From: Octopus bimaculoides
Lineage: Eukaryota
Length of the DNA: 64,000 bases
Assembly (NCBI RefSeq): GCF_001194135.2
Contig: NC_068983.1
Coordinates: forward strand, 127,100,477-127,164,476
Direction: 5' to 3'
This document shows positions 24,986 through 38,461 of the stretch, piece after piece (the first letter of the stretch is position 1; each line of letters begins with the position of its first letter). The translations under genes were made by a program, and so were the position numbers. The notes under the pieces were generated by a model. That model had not been told where the DNA came from. It made no database searches and was given only the letters and a program-made list of their open reading frames with translations.

Positions 24986-25540
24986 TAAGATGTTTTTTGT
25001 ATATAATATACATGTTATTATAATGGATGAAGGGATGATTATTGAATGGTTATTAGTTTGATATTACGATATTTTTTATAATTTTTCTATCTTTATATAA
25101 TAAGTATTTCATATTAATTCATTTGGCACTTATTGTTGGTTGAGATATATATATATCTAATTATTGTTCTACTTACAATCTGACGAGTAGCTATATTTTT
25201 GAATAGAATTTATTTTCGATAATTTCAATTGATTTTAATCGATTTAAATTTCCTTTCTATTTGAAAATTAGTTATGAAACACGTGCAATCTTTTTATTAT
25301 ATTTATCTTATGATATTTACTTTACTTTATATTATACTCATTTATTGTGCTTTTGATTATTAATTTTTCTACATGTGATAGTGGATTTTCATCGATGAGT
25401 TCTTGATACTTGGTTATCTTCCCTAAAGCTATATATTTTATATATATTTTAACTATAAAGCTCAATTTAATTTTAATTTTTTATAAATTGATTTTAATTG
25501 AGTTTTTACCTGTAATTTTGGATGTTGTCCCTAATATTAT

Positions 25541-25571
<31 letters not shown>

Positions 25572-28142
25572 AGAATTAATTTTAATGTATGTATGCGTTT
25601 ATAAATATGTATACGTTACTCGAACGTAGACGTGAATGATAGAAGGGACGATAGTTTCTTGCGTGCACTTAGCAAATTACTTTATTAGTATTAAAATACT
25701 CTTTACATATGGAAGAATTAAGCATTGTTCTGAAAGATGAAGTCAATTGGAGTATCGAGTAGTCGCGTACTTTGCAACATTTGTCCTTATGTGTTCATTA
25801 AATTAAGAGGAAATATAGATACTATAAGAATAGATATAACAATGCTCACAATGACATTTCTTTTTCAAATCACTTTTAGTATCATCATGGTATCCTGTAT
25901 ATTATATATTTTATGTGCATTGAAACACTCTCATTCATAATTACACAGATACACCAATCTATATACATATATGCGTGTAAAAGTGATAGTCGTTTCCGAG
26001 ATTTATACTTCAGAATATCAACAGTAAAATGCTCATCGCATTCTTCGTTTCCGTTCATACACAATTTTGAGGAACATAATTTTTTCTTTCTTTCTTTTTT
26101 CTTGAGAGGATAGTTGTAGGACGGAATTATAGTGGCTGTTTTCAAATGGCTATTGTTTTGGGCTGTAAGGAATAGCCGTAGAGTATAAATATATCAGGTG
26201 AGCTATAATGGAATAGCCCCATAATTTCCTTCGAAAGTTCTGTTACATTTCAAGTGGAGATTCGGTTTTTTAGCATGTTTACAACTGCACCAAACTTTGG
26301 GAAGATGATCAAACTTCGAAGATGATCAAACTTCGAATATAATTAAAACTTAATAGACAACACTGTACACAGAAATCTAAACAACAGTGACTTAAGAATA
26401 TTTCACATATCCATACACTATAATGTGTTGAACAAATGTTTTTGAAACTACATTTATATGATAGGGCATACATATTGAATTACTTCAGTATACTATTTGA
26501 AAACCAAATTTATGAACGTATAACAAATCTGCATTGCAATTAAGAATTAAAAATTACTTACGATAATTGCAGAAGTCCCATTGGAATAATTAATTTTGAA
26601 ATCATAACATAAAATGTAAATAGAAAAATACCACAGTCCATGTAAAGCAATATTGCAAGTAGCAAGACTTTACAATACTAAAATTCATGATATCATTGAC
26701 GAATAGAAACTGATATTTAAAGTTTGTTCCCAATTAGAAGTAATTAGGAATTTAGAGTTTATGCGTTCGAAAGCAGGATATTGCTAATTTAAATTGTACA
26801 AGAATAGAATATGTTGACTAGGGAAGGCAATGTGAATAATTTTTCGAACAGTGACCTTATACCGCTTCAACATAATGAAATGGATGGTGTCTGTACACCG
26901 AGAAACCTTTTACAAAGTCCATTTCTTAGAATATTTACAACATTCAAAGTTGATGTAAAATTGCTGAATAATATATTTACATTAATAGAAGTTAATTATA
27001 TATTTATAGTTTAGAGTTAAACAGCCAAAAGTTGTAATTTGTGATGGTTACTTATTGAAATTTATTGTGGTATATCATTAGTTCAAGATATTTAATTTGC
27101 AAATTACATCTAAACTCAAATCAACATTTAGCCTAGATGCTTGGTATTCCTTGGAGAGAGGAACAATTTTGCGTTTAAATTTTATTGTATTTTCGTTGAA
27201 ATATCTCATTCGAGAATATTGAAAATATGCATACTTAAGTTAAGCATAACATTACTAACATAACATAACATGACATAGCATTCCTTGACATAATATCCTT
27301 CCACTTATAACGTATCAAGATATAGAAAAAGTTAAATATTCATTACTAGTGACAATAAGTCATATGCAAATAAGTTTCTTGTTCTAGTATAAGTAAATAT
27401 ATTCTATAACACATTATACTTGTTTTTTATTGGATTGGATATCGTATTTTGTAACTTGGTATGAATTAGTGGAACAAGAAACTCTACATGCGTATACTGT
27501 TTGCATTGTGTCAATGCTTTAAGAGATGTATGCGGCAGTCTATATTTGCTCGGTATATTTCCTGCAGTTCTTCGTATAAATAAAGTAGTGAGAAACTATT
27601 TGTGATTATATGCAATCCAATGGATTTTCAGGAATAATTAATGAGAGGACAGAATAGTAAGCAGGTGAGATATTTGGCCAGTAAGAATAGAATGTGCAAC
27701 TAGATAGCTCAGAGGTAAATTAGCTATTCTTCAAGGATGAGAATAAGTAGAGAAACGAAAGTACAAATGTGATAAAGAGGATTTAATATGATCATACGTG
27801 GGGATTTCCATAGAAATGGGATGAATACGTTTGGTATGTCATTTATATTATTGTCATTTCGGTTCATCTTTAATCTCTAAGGTCTATTGTAAAGACTTTG
27901 AATCCAAGTCCATAACCAGTTTTAGTTTATAAAGAACTAAACTACACATCGTGACCTTACTCCTTAACAATATCGTAAATTGTGAAGTCTTTTTCTCAAT
28001 AGATGATCGGTAATATGCTTGTTTTCTAATAGCATATTGATAGTTCTGGGATCTTTACGATAGTTAAATGTATTTATATAATATTTATATGATGTTATCG
28101 AGGATAACATGCATGTGTATCTCTGAGACATAAGTAATTCTG

Positions 28143-28532
28143 TGAGTGGCTGTGTGGTAAGTAGCTTGCTTACGAACCACATGGTTCTGGGCTCAGTCCC
28201 ACTGCGTGGCACCTTGGGCAAGTGTATTCTACTATAGCCTCGGGCCGACCAAAGTCTTGTGAGTGGATTTGGTTGACGGAAACTGAAAGACACCCGTCGT
28301 ATATATGTATGTATGTATGTGTATATGTTTGTATGTCTGTGTTTGTCCTCCCAATATCGCTTGACAACCGATGCTGGTGAGTTTATGTCCCCGTAACTTA
28401 TGGGTTCGGCAAAAGAGACCGATAGAACAAGTACTAGGCTTACAAAAAATAAGTCCTGGGGTCAATTTGTTCGACTAAAAGGTGGTGCTCCAACATGGCC
28501 GCAGTCAAATGACTGAAACAAGTAAAAGAGTA
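28143..28532 (+). mobile_element. near full-length tRNA-derived SINE, family 1 (long type with internal TA/TG microsatellite)
   Basis: A-box-like GTGGCTGTGTGGTAAG, B-box-like GGGCTCAGTCCC, internal (TATG)n, conserved 3' end GGCCGCAGTCAAATGACTGAAACAAGTAAAAGAG. Several homologous copies occur in the window. Confidence 0.9.
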
Positions 28533-28679
28533 CATAGGTATTAAGTGTGCGAACCAGTATGCATTAAAAAACTGAGAACGGGCACATTTATTATATACCT
28601 GACATTCTTTAATTTCAATTCACTTCTCTAATTTAGTATCAGCGTAAATAAAAAATCGTTTTTTGATATTGGTTTTAAA

Positions 28680-28880
28680 TTAAAACAAAATGCCAGAAAG
28701 TTCGGGGAGAGGGTAAGTTGACTAAAACCACGCCAGTTCTCCACTATTACTTATTTTATCGACGCTGAAAGGATGTAAGCCGAAAGTGACCGCGGTGGAA
28801 TCTGAACACAGAACGTAAAAACAAACGAAATGCCACTTAGCATTTTGTCCGCCATGCTACCAATTTTGCCAACCCACCAC
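28680..28880 (-). mobile_element. SINE family 2 copy (diverged)
   Basis: TTATTTTATCGACGCTGAAAGGATG..CGCGGTGGAATCTGAACACAGAACGTAAA is homologous to 4040-4185. Confidence 0.75.
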
Positions 28881-29433
28881 TGTAAATCAGTCTTTCATAC
28901 TGAAATATTTAAATCAAAAGGGAACAATTGTCCGTATCATAAGATACATGATTCAATATATATCTCTCATTTCATGCATTATAGGGTGGTTACCTTTTCC
29001 TTGTACTACGTATAGCTAATAAATTAATGGCAACTATAGTATTATCATACATTTTCATTTACTTTTATTTATGTGCAGCTCTTAAGAATTCCAGCATAGA
29101 ATGTGTAGTTCCTCGAAAATACCTTTATTTCACAAAGCTTAGACACATACAGGGAGAAAACAAAGAGAAGGGAATTACATAACTGACGAAATTTGAATGT
29201 TATATATCAGTGCCACTTTCAATAAGGGGACCGAATACAAGAGAGAACTGTGTGTGTGAGCATGTATATATACAATTTGTTTGTTTCTTTTTGTATTTAT
29301 AGTCCGTTTTGGAACTTTGGATGTATGGTTATTTTCACGTGTGTACTGTGCTGGTATGAAGTGAAATGTATTATATTTGCAGCCTATTTCTCTCAATTTG
29401 TTATTGCGTAGCTGTGTATGAGTATATTAGAAG

Positions 29434-29468
<35 letters not shown>

Positions 29469-29533
29469 GTGAGCGTGAGTGTTTTTTTGTGTGATTACGT
29501 GTGTGAGCGTGCGCGTTTTTCTGTGTGATTGCG

Positions 29534-29586
29534 TCCTTCACATGCAAGAGCTACGGATATACCCTGTAGCTCTTGCATGTGAAGGA
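29534..29586. repeat. perfect 21-bp inverted repeat with 11-nt loop
   Basis: TCCTTCACATGCAAGAGCTAC-GGATATACCCT-GTAGCTCTTGCATGTGAAGGA. Confidence 0.9.
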
Positions 29587-29820
29587 TCAATAGGTGTATG
29601 TATCAGTTACTGTTGCCTGGCAGCATCGGATATTTTATTGTGCTGCAAGATATGTGTTTTCTTGTGTTTGTTAAGTGCAGAGAAGTGCTTGTGAAGATCT
29701 GTGTAGGAGATAAACATAACAGAGTATTCAGAATTGTGTTCAAAGACATAAGTTTGTGTTGTGACATTTTGCATGAGTGCCTTCATTGTGTGTACATTTT
29801 TGAGATGAGTGTGTGTTTCC

Positions 29821-29885
<65 letters not shown>

Positions 29886-30139
29886 GTTTGTTTGGTGTGT
29901 GTGTGGGTGGGTGTGTGTGTGTATTTATATACCTGATATGACAATCTTAGACAAAAGTATACTATGATGAATTTGAACTGTAAAACAATGATAAGTGGAG
30001 TAGTTAAAGATCGACAAACATATCTAATTTCCCGTCCTCGACTTAAAAGATGATTTACTGATCCAAGTTAAAGGTTGAGACCTACACTGTATGACATCTA
30101 TCCTTCTCCGCTTATTTACCTTAGTTTTCTTAGCATAAT

Positions 30140-30500
30140 CTTCGAAATAGTCACCTTAAGCAGCACTACACCAGCCCCAGCTTTCCTGCCACTTTTGGAA
30201 TCCGGGTTGGAAGTCGTTTTCCGTAATCGAATCGATCACTTTCTGTGATTCGCTTTGGTTGTCGACAACAATCTCAAAACGGTGATCTTTGTGCTGCATT
30301 TTCACCTTGGGAAAGAGATGGAAGTCCGCAGGGGCTAAATCTGTCGAGTTGGGCGACTACAGAAGCGATACTATGTTGTTTTGGGCACGAAATTCACGAG
30401 TGAAGAGAGCTAGGATATTAGTCGAATATTCTCTCTCAAACGCATGAAATCGTCGCAGTTTTATTCTCGTTAGATGGCCTAGCCCTGGGGTAGATCGTTA
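30140..30500 (-). pseudogene. C-terminal fragment of a second mariner transposase
   Basis: Minus strand reads SPNSTDLAPADFHLFPKVKMQHKDHRFEIV.DNQSESQKV...ENDFQPGFQKWQ..W..C.AA*GDYFE, matching the mariner YSPDLAP.DF.LF region. Confidence 0.8.
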
Positions 30501-31479
30501 ATAACGCGGATGAAAAGAAAACGATGAGCATGTTCCATTTTTATTTGTATATATGTATATAGCAGCGTACGTACACCCATGTGCTCAGCCTATTGTAGGT
30601 ATGTATCTAAATTATGTACGACTCTTACTCTATCTTCTATTTCCCCTCTCATTTTCCTTCCTTTTCTCGCCCCACTTCGCTCACATGTCTTCATCCTCTC
30701 TATATTTAACTCCCACTATTTCCCGCTCGTTTATCTCATCTGTACCTTTCTTTTTGTCTCTGATTTGTTTCTGATCTTTCAATGCCACTGTCCCCTATCC
30801 ATCGCTTCTCCTCCCACGTGACCAGTGTCTGGCCAGCCATGAGCTTTCTTTCTTGGCCTCAGTACCGACCACCAACACCTCCTATATCCATCTCCTATGT
30901 TCTTGCCTTTAGGCTTTCACTTCATACACGCCAGTTCAATTTCATTCGTTCGCAGTCGAAGGATACCTTTTGTTATTTTTGTTGTTTGTATTCGTAATTG
31001 TGTACCATGTTCTCCGTGTTTTTGTTGGTTTTGTTTTTGCCTTTGTTGCTGTACACATTCACTAGCTTTCTTACAAAGGGGTCTAATGCTCTTAGCTTAG
31101 ACAATTTGGGAAGCAACCACATCGAACCTTATTTTTTGCCTGTCCTTCTAATTGTTGTTTCTCTTCTCCGCCTTTGTATCGTCTATCTGTCCGAATGCTT
31201 TTATGTCCTCTTTTGCGTTTGTGTTCCATTTATATATATATATATATATATATATNNNNNNNNNNNNNNNNNNNNNNNNNNNNNNNNNNNNNNNNNNNNN
31301 NNNNNNNNNNNNNNNNNNNNNNNNNNNNNNNNNNNNNNNNNNNNNNNNNNNNNNNNNNNNNNNNNNNNNNNNNNNNNNNNNNNNNNNNNNNNNNNTATAT
31401 ATATATATATCAGTATTAAATTACATATGAACAGTCATTTTTCATACAAACGGTCTATAATCGGAATACACACAACCAG

Positions 31480-32030
31480 GTGTTGCGTAGTTCCATACTA
31501 AGAGTTGGTGGTAGATCTGGGAATTCACAATAGTAATGATGCAACACTTCATGAGCATATGACCACGATGACAACAACATGCGGGCAAACTGTGTAACGG
31601 ATTCGGAGTTCATTAATAAACAAGAAAAAGAGCACCACGCTAATCCCATGAACTATTTTCATTCTCACACGCCTAGATTACTGCTCGTAAATTTGATCAC
31701 CGGAGGGTGTCGATCTGATGGTGGGACTTTAGGCATTCCAGCATCGCTACACAAAGAAAATTCATTGGGTGAATCAGATGAGCTTTTGAAAGAGGCCAAA
31801 GAAACTGAAGCTCTATTCCCAAGAGAAACTTCTTGAAAGATATGCAGTGATATACATATGTAGACCCTTGAATGCCTAGCACCGAAGTGTGGATTTGAAA
31901 GCTACAGCAACCGCCGAACCAGAAGGCACTGCATATATTAAATAAACTGTCTTCTCCATCGCAAATAAGAACACGCTTGGGTTTCAAGGTCCGCAAATTT
32001 GCAACATTTTAGGCAACAACTCAGACTTAT
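31480..32030 (+). mobile_element. decayed CR1/L2-group LINE, region C-terminal to the RT core
   Basis: Plus-strand peptides DLGIHNSNDATLHEH..TIFILTRLDYCS*I*SP..AFQHRYTKKI..RPKKLKLYSQEKLLERYAVIYI..NTLGFQGPQ match the LDYCS.LWSP / QRR.TK.I / RL..L.LYS motifs. Confidence 0.7.
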
Positions 32031-32954
32031 GAGTCGTAGATGTTTAGGTCTTCAAGGAGCGTTGAAGATATTAATATATTCCATTCAGTCAGAGAACAAT
32101 AGGAATGCGTTAGGTAGATGCATGCTCAAATGAAAAAATATTTATAGCTAATGTCCATTCGTTTCCAATGAGTATGTTCGATGATAATCCATGGCGAAGG
32201 ATAGTGGACGTTTCAAGTTCCAATTTTGAACAGAGGATGAATGAGTGTAGCATAGAAATATTACACTATAGTCTACAGTGGATGGGTATACTTGTTGAAA
32301 AAGGTTAGTGGGTGCATGTATAAAGACAAATAGACAAAACGATCAAGAAAAGCAGATGTCAGATACAGTCAAAATGACCACCAAATGTGACCCGGGTTGG
32401 CAAAACAGGAGGGCGGGGTAGTGATATTAATAAAGCGGTTGTAAAAGATAATGAAGCTCTCAAATTATAGGTAGTCTGATACTAGTGAAATTGAGGGGAG
32501 ATGAAGGTGCTAGTACCATATATAAATTGTCCCCTAGAACTATATCGTTTTCATCCCTTGGTCCTATAACATTTACTTTATTTAAACTTAGTAAATGTCT
32601 CTAATCTTTTTTATTTATTTATATTTAGCGTTGAATTATTTTTGATCTACCGTTTTAAATGTTTATTTTCATCTCTCGCTTTCCAATGATGATACACCTT
32701 GAATCTTTTTCTGTTTGTCTGCCACTCTTCGGCTTCTTCAATTTTTGTTCCAGTTGATTTCATATTTGGTGCATTGGAGTAGATTTTTGAAGTAAACGTT
32801 TTCATTAAATTCATTTTCAGCATAAATCTATAAACAGATTTAATTGCTTTTAAAGTTTCTAAATTTTGCGTAATTTTAGCCAATCGAAAGCCACAAACAT
32901 AAGTCGCTGTTTCAACAGTAACAAGCCAAGTTGTAACTACGTGCTCTTTTTGTT

Positions 32955-33300
32955 GCTTATTAAATGTACTGATTTTATCGACCTTTAAAGGGTGAAAAGG
33001 AAAGTCGATTGTGGCGGAATTTGAACGCAGATCAGGAAGACGGAAGAAATACCGCTAGCTTTTCGCCTTAAAGTGATTAAATACCGTTAATCTCACCACC
33101 TTAAACTGATTTAAGTGTTTAAAGCGGTGAGCTGTCAGAATCCTCTGCACGTCGAACTAATCTCTTCGCGGCATTTTGTACGTTCTGATTTCTAATGCGG
33201 TCCGAGGCGGACATTGCTTTTTCTTTCGAGGTCGACAACAAAAGTACCAGTTACAACATCCCTTAAAATCACTGGCCTAATACCAACATTTAAAGCCAGA
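32955..33300. mobile_element. two diverged SINE family 2 copies arranged head-to-head (minus ~32955-33100, plus ~33120-33300)
   Basis: Left: TTTTATCGACC..GGCGGAATTTGAACGCAGATC. Right: GCGGTGAGCTGTCAGAATC..GTACGTTCTGA..CGAGGTCGACAA..AAGTACCAGTT. Confidence 0.7.
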
Positions 33301-33502
33301 GTTAAAGATGTGTTGACGCACAGAGGAATTTAAATTTGCCGAGGATTTCAAAACTAGTGCGAGGGATTAAAGAAGAATGGCCGGAATACTTGGAATATTC
33401 TACAATTATAGTCTTCGAAAGTTAACCATCAAGGTGCTAAATGTGTGTGCTAAATGTGTGTGCGTGTGTTCAAAGAGGAGAGAGGGGGAGAGGGGGAGAT
33501 GT

Positions 33503-33745
33503 GAGGCGCTTAGCTTAGTGGTTACCGAATATAAATCGTGACCGAAGGTTATGGTTTCGCTTTCAGCAGCAGGTGATGTGTTATATTCTTTAGGAAATCA
33601 CTTCATTTCATGCAGTGCCAATCCATTTACCTGGTACGAATAAACAATCCTGTATCGGTATCTGGACAGAGGGGAACTTATACGCCACAGAGCTACAAAA
33701 GACTGACATCATGGGCTTATCACCCGGAATGGAACTTTGATATTA
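33503..33745 (+). mobile_element. tRNA-derived SINE, family 3
   Basis: A-box TAGCTTAGTGGTTA, B-box-like GGTTTCGCTTTC, then TGTGTTATATTCTTTAGGAAATCACTTCATTTCA. Homologous to 49680-49878. Confidence 0.65.
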
Positions 33746-33807
33746 TTTATTAAATAGTTTGATAAATAGATACATACATATCTTCACACACACACACACA
33801 CACACAA

Positions 33808-33870
<63 letters not shown>

Positions 33871-36575
33871 CATATTTGTGTGTGTGTGTGTGTGTGCGTG
33901 CGTGTGTGTGTGTGTGTATGTGTGTGTGTGTGTGTGTGCATATATTCTCCGTGCATGTACACGTAGTTTGTTAATTTTGTTCATCGTATAAATCTGAATT
34001 TTCTTACGCGTACACAAAATTTACGTAGTATACAATAAATAAAAGTAAATCTTAGGCAGCTGCAATGCTATGTTATTACAATTATAGGATTTATATTCAA
34101 CCAAATAAACTTATGTACATGCAGTCACTTCATTTGCAGGCATACTTAACATTTTATCTATTTGTTGACAGATTTCAACTTAACTTAATCTTCAAGATAA
34201 TTATGTTGAGACTAACTAATGGTCTTCGTAGTGAAATAACGCATTAGGTATAGGAAACAGTTGTTGGCTTCTATTTGACTGTGTTATAAATGCTGATGAT
34301 TATTAGTTTTCTTGTTACAGAAAAATTGCCCTTCCTCGTAAACACTGTGCATGTGGTAAATCGTGTAATAAATCGGCATAATCTGTCAAGATATTCGGTA
34401 ATAAAATGATGGATATATATTTGTAATTTTGTCCGAAATCACATGTAAATGCTGCTGTCCAGTTCTGTGAAATAAAAATAAAAATTTTCATGATTCGACA
34501 TTATTAGCTGCAAGTTTAAAATTTTGTCTATTCGAGATCTTAAATACGGTCCTATTCATGTATTACTTGCATGCATTTCAACTGCACTAAAAAACCTTAA
34601 TGCAGTTCCAAACAACGTTTTATTGGCAATTTATAATGTATGCTTTTCAGAAAAAATATAGTCTTAAAATGAAGGAAGTAATAAATTTATGGAAAAAGTG
34701 AGCTCCCTGAACTCCGACTATATTTCTCGAAATGATCACGTCGTGCTAGCATTCCCCAATGAAAGAAAAACAAGTGAATGTTATTTCTAATTTTAATTAC
34801 TTTTAAAACTGACATTTATGTATCATATCTAATGTAAAAATGATGGTGAAGTGCAATTTACTGCGCTATTCATCCATAGAGAGCTTCCTTTGTGTTTTCA
34901 AACGTGACATATACCAAAGGAAAAGAACATCGTTCCATCAGCTGCTAGCTTTTCGTTTGACTTCGTCAATGTCTTGTAATCACAACTAGCTTAGACGACT
35001 GTTGTTGCCTCCGATATCTGGAGATAAAAAAACCTAGCTTGTATTGCGAATAGCCGCTGGATAAAAATCCGTTATATGCAATAGAAGCAGTTTTTAATTT
35101 AATGTAGTCAGCTATGTATAATTGCATATAACGGGTTTTATTCAACCTGGTGGTTATTTGCAATTCTAGTGAGTAATTGTTTTGAAGTTTACTGTATATA
35201 TCGGTAGCGACAAATCGACTTTAAATATGTGGCTTCCTGATAATACCCGTTTCACGGAGCCGAAATTCGTCAGCTTTTCTCATTAACCGCCGCTTATATA
35301 TGTATTGCGCTTGGAAGCACATCACAACAATAAGACATGGTTTTTCTGTATAAATATAGCTTCAGGTTGCATTTCAACGGTGTGCTTGCATGATGTATGA
35401 ATGGAGCTCTTTTCTAGTTTTAAATGATACTGCTTCTATAACACATAATGGTTTCTACTTATTTCGTAACTAGGAAACTGGTGCGTCAGAAAATTTCTGT
35501 TCAAAATAGAAGCACAATACGAAACAAAAAGTATTGCTTATGACAACTTTACTTAGGCTGTCCTCTAAGAGATAGCGATACTGCCATTTAAACGAAAGAC
35601 GGGATCTCCTCTAGCTGGTTAATTGAGTACGCTTCTCGCATCCGGCACTTATTGCAAGCGGGAGATATCTCCTGCTACTGTAGCTTCTAGACTATCAGAT
35701 CACATTGTTTCGAATTGTAATGGATCTCCTCTGTGGTAAATACTCGTTGTCGGGCATGGTAGCAGTTTACCTCACTTGCAATATCTAGAAAGCACAATAC
35801 ATACAATCACTGATTTTCAATCTAGGAAACTAAAGGCCTGTAGAGACTTGAAAAATCAAGCAGAACTTATGTGTGAAGTGCATTGCGCCAGTAGATGCAT
35901 TCTAGACCTGAGATTATTTCTTCGATCCAATAATCATATCCAGCGTAGTGCTGTAAGCCCATCCAGATTATAAAAACACTCTGAAGGATTTAACTAGATA
36001 ATAGTTGAACTACCAAACGTTTCCTGACTCACTATAGCGGCGAACCCGCTAGTATTACGAATGGATATTAGCCTGTTTATCAGTATTATTTTTAATAATT
36101 GGAGCGAAATTTACAGAAACAATCCCGCTATTCAGGAAGTACACTTATATAATTTAACTTCTCAGGAAATTAATTAAACCATTTCAATCTACTTGCAGTC
36201 ATCATTCGTAAATAATAAGTGGGGACGTGGTGTGTCTGCATTTATAGCAAACATATTTCATTAAAACTTATTAATTGTTTAGTACCTGATGTTATTAGTA
36301 CATGTCTGGTAAAAATATAAATTAGCATAATTTTTTTTGCACAAAATAATTAACTATTGGAATTTTCAGAGGTAGAACTATGGATCCTATACTTAACTGC
36401 AATAATAACTGAGGCAGACACCCTTCGTCAGTTGGTAATTAAAGATAATAGTGATCGGTTCGATCTTTCATTCTGCGCAAGTCGACTGATTATGAAAAGG
36501 TGATTAGTGTCACAGCCCAAATAAATATGTTTTTGTGCGTGTAGACGCAGACGTACAAATATATGCGCATATACA

Positions 36576-36609
<34 letters not shown>

Positions 36610-36782
36610 NNNNNNNNNNNNNNNNNNNNNNNNNNNNNNNNNNNNNNNNNNNNNNNNNNNNNNNNNNNNNNNNNNNNNNNNNNNNNNNNNNNNNNNNNNN
36701 NNNNNNNNNNNNNNNNNNNNNNNNNNNNNNNNNNNNNNNNNNNNNNNNNNNNNNNNNNNNNNNNNNNNNNNNNNNNNNNNNN

Positions 36783-36863
<81 letters not shown>

Positions 36864-37241
36864 CTATGCAAGCGACCAAGTAAAGTATTGTAGCAATTAA
36901 TTTAATGTAAATATAATGATTGGACAACACAGTAGTTGTTGCAAAACGGTAACTTCAAAAGAATTTGGGTTAAGTTGCTGAACCGTTGCAAATGTTCATC
37001 TGACACGATCATTCCGATATAAGTCCAAGTGTAGCTGAATAATTAATTACTCGAAAATTAGTTTCTGTAATTTGCCTTCTACACGATATATCATATCTAT
37101 CGCAGCTATGTCATTCTTTTTCTTTTTTATTCAATCGAAGAGTTAGAGTTTCTCTTGCCACTGAAGTATTATTCATGAATAATTTAGAACCTAAGACAAC
37201 TTAATGAAGACAGGTAATGAAATACTAGACGCATGCTTATT

Positions 37242-37305
<64 letters not shown>
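37242..37305. repeat. (GATA)n microsatellite
   Basis: Direct reading of the sequence. Confidence 0.95.
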
Positions 37306-38415
37306 CGTTTGTGTGTGTGCGGGGGTGTAAGTATGAGAGTATAGAGAGAGATGTAATTCCCTATGTGTATGATACCTTGTATATATATTGTCATCATACA
37401 CATGTGTATGTATACATCTATACGCATATACCTAAACAAACAAATATGAACATACACACACTCACGTACACAGACTCACACACACACAACCATACAGACT
37501 TACATATACGCACACACTCATGTATCAATAAGACAGTTTGCCTGCATTTCACATAATGTAAAATTTAGTCTCACACTTCATAAGTTCTACGTGTAACTCG
37601 ACTCATTGTATTCCTGCGATTTATGGGTTTTCAATATAATGCGACTGGTATTTACTCAGCAAGTCTAACTTATATAATGTCAATATGTTGTTTGCACTCT
37701 GTGGAATATTTCCATGTAAGTGACCTAACCAGTCCTAAATATACTAAAAGTTTTCTGTTCTATGTGGAAACTAGAGAGCAAGAACTCCTCTTCCTGCTTG
37801 TGTACTTTGCCTCAACAAAAAGGCTTTGAATCCAGTGTTACGATTGTCTGTATGATGCAACTGGCTCGAGTTCCATCGTGCCAATTAGAAACTGTAAGAC
37901 TAAATTTTACATTCAGTGAAATGCATACAAACTGTCATATGTATGTATAACCGAAAATGTGCTCTAAATGAACAATTGTAACGCATTGACAATCTTCTCT
38001 AATTAAATTATTTTCTATGGCGTTGTTTAAGGCAGTTTTCAGAAAAAACCGTTTCATAAATATGTGTGCGTGTAGGTATTTCATATACAAGCAGTGTGAC
38101 CTCTTTGAAAATTAATCTCAATTCAGGGATATAATGGTGTGTATTTCGTATTTAAGCCCTTGTATTATTGATTGCTATTTTTAATGCATTTTGCACCTCC
38201 AAAATATTGCCACTCATATTGCCACTCATATTCTATATATATCTATATTTATTTCTCTGGGCAACAGTCAAGCGAGGTGTATACAGCTAACTGCTTTTCA
38301 GGTCAATACTATCTTGGTTGGATGAAACTCTACATTGTCGCAAAGAGGTACATGTTAACAGATTATTTAGATTCTTTACAATTGGCGGATATTTGTCGTA
38401 ACCTTGTTTGTTGTT

Positions 38416-38461
38416 AACACAACGTTTCGATTGACATACCTTCCAGCCTTCATCAGGTGTC
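38416..38461 (-). ncRNA. minimal type I hammerhead ribozyme, family A copy 2
   Basis: Minus strand: GACAC CTGATGA A GGCTG GAAGGTATGT CAATC GAAA C GTT GTGTT. Intact core, 5-bp helix I (one G-U), helix II with one mismatch, palindromic ACGU helix III. Confidence 0.72.

Noticed and set aside
25178-25215. CTGACGAGTAGCTAT in an AT-rich block
   Set aside because: No proper helix II loop, GAAA or helix I.
26301-26334. 17-bp tandem duplication (similar short ones at ~5725, ~38207, ~61193)
   Set aside because: Ordinary slippage duplications with no further structure.
28143-28215. tRNA-like A/B boxes at SINE heads considered as tRNA genes
   Set aside because: No complete cloverleaf; they continue into repeated SINE bodies.
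35239-35278. Minus-strand CTGACGA...GAAA C GG GTA hammerhead-like motif
   Set aside because: Helix II and helix I pair poorly; not supportable without a family consensus.
36026-36037. GACTCACTATAG, matching the 3' part of the T7 promoter
   Set aside because: The upstream TAATAC is absent and no vector sequence flanks it; treated as chance.
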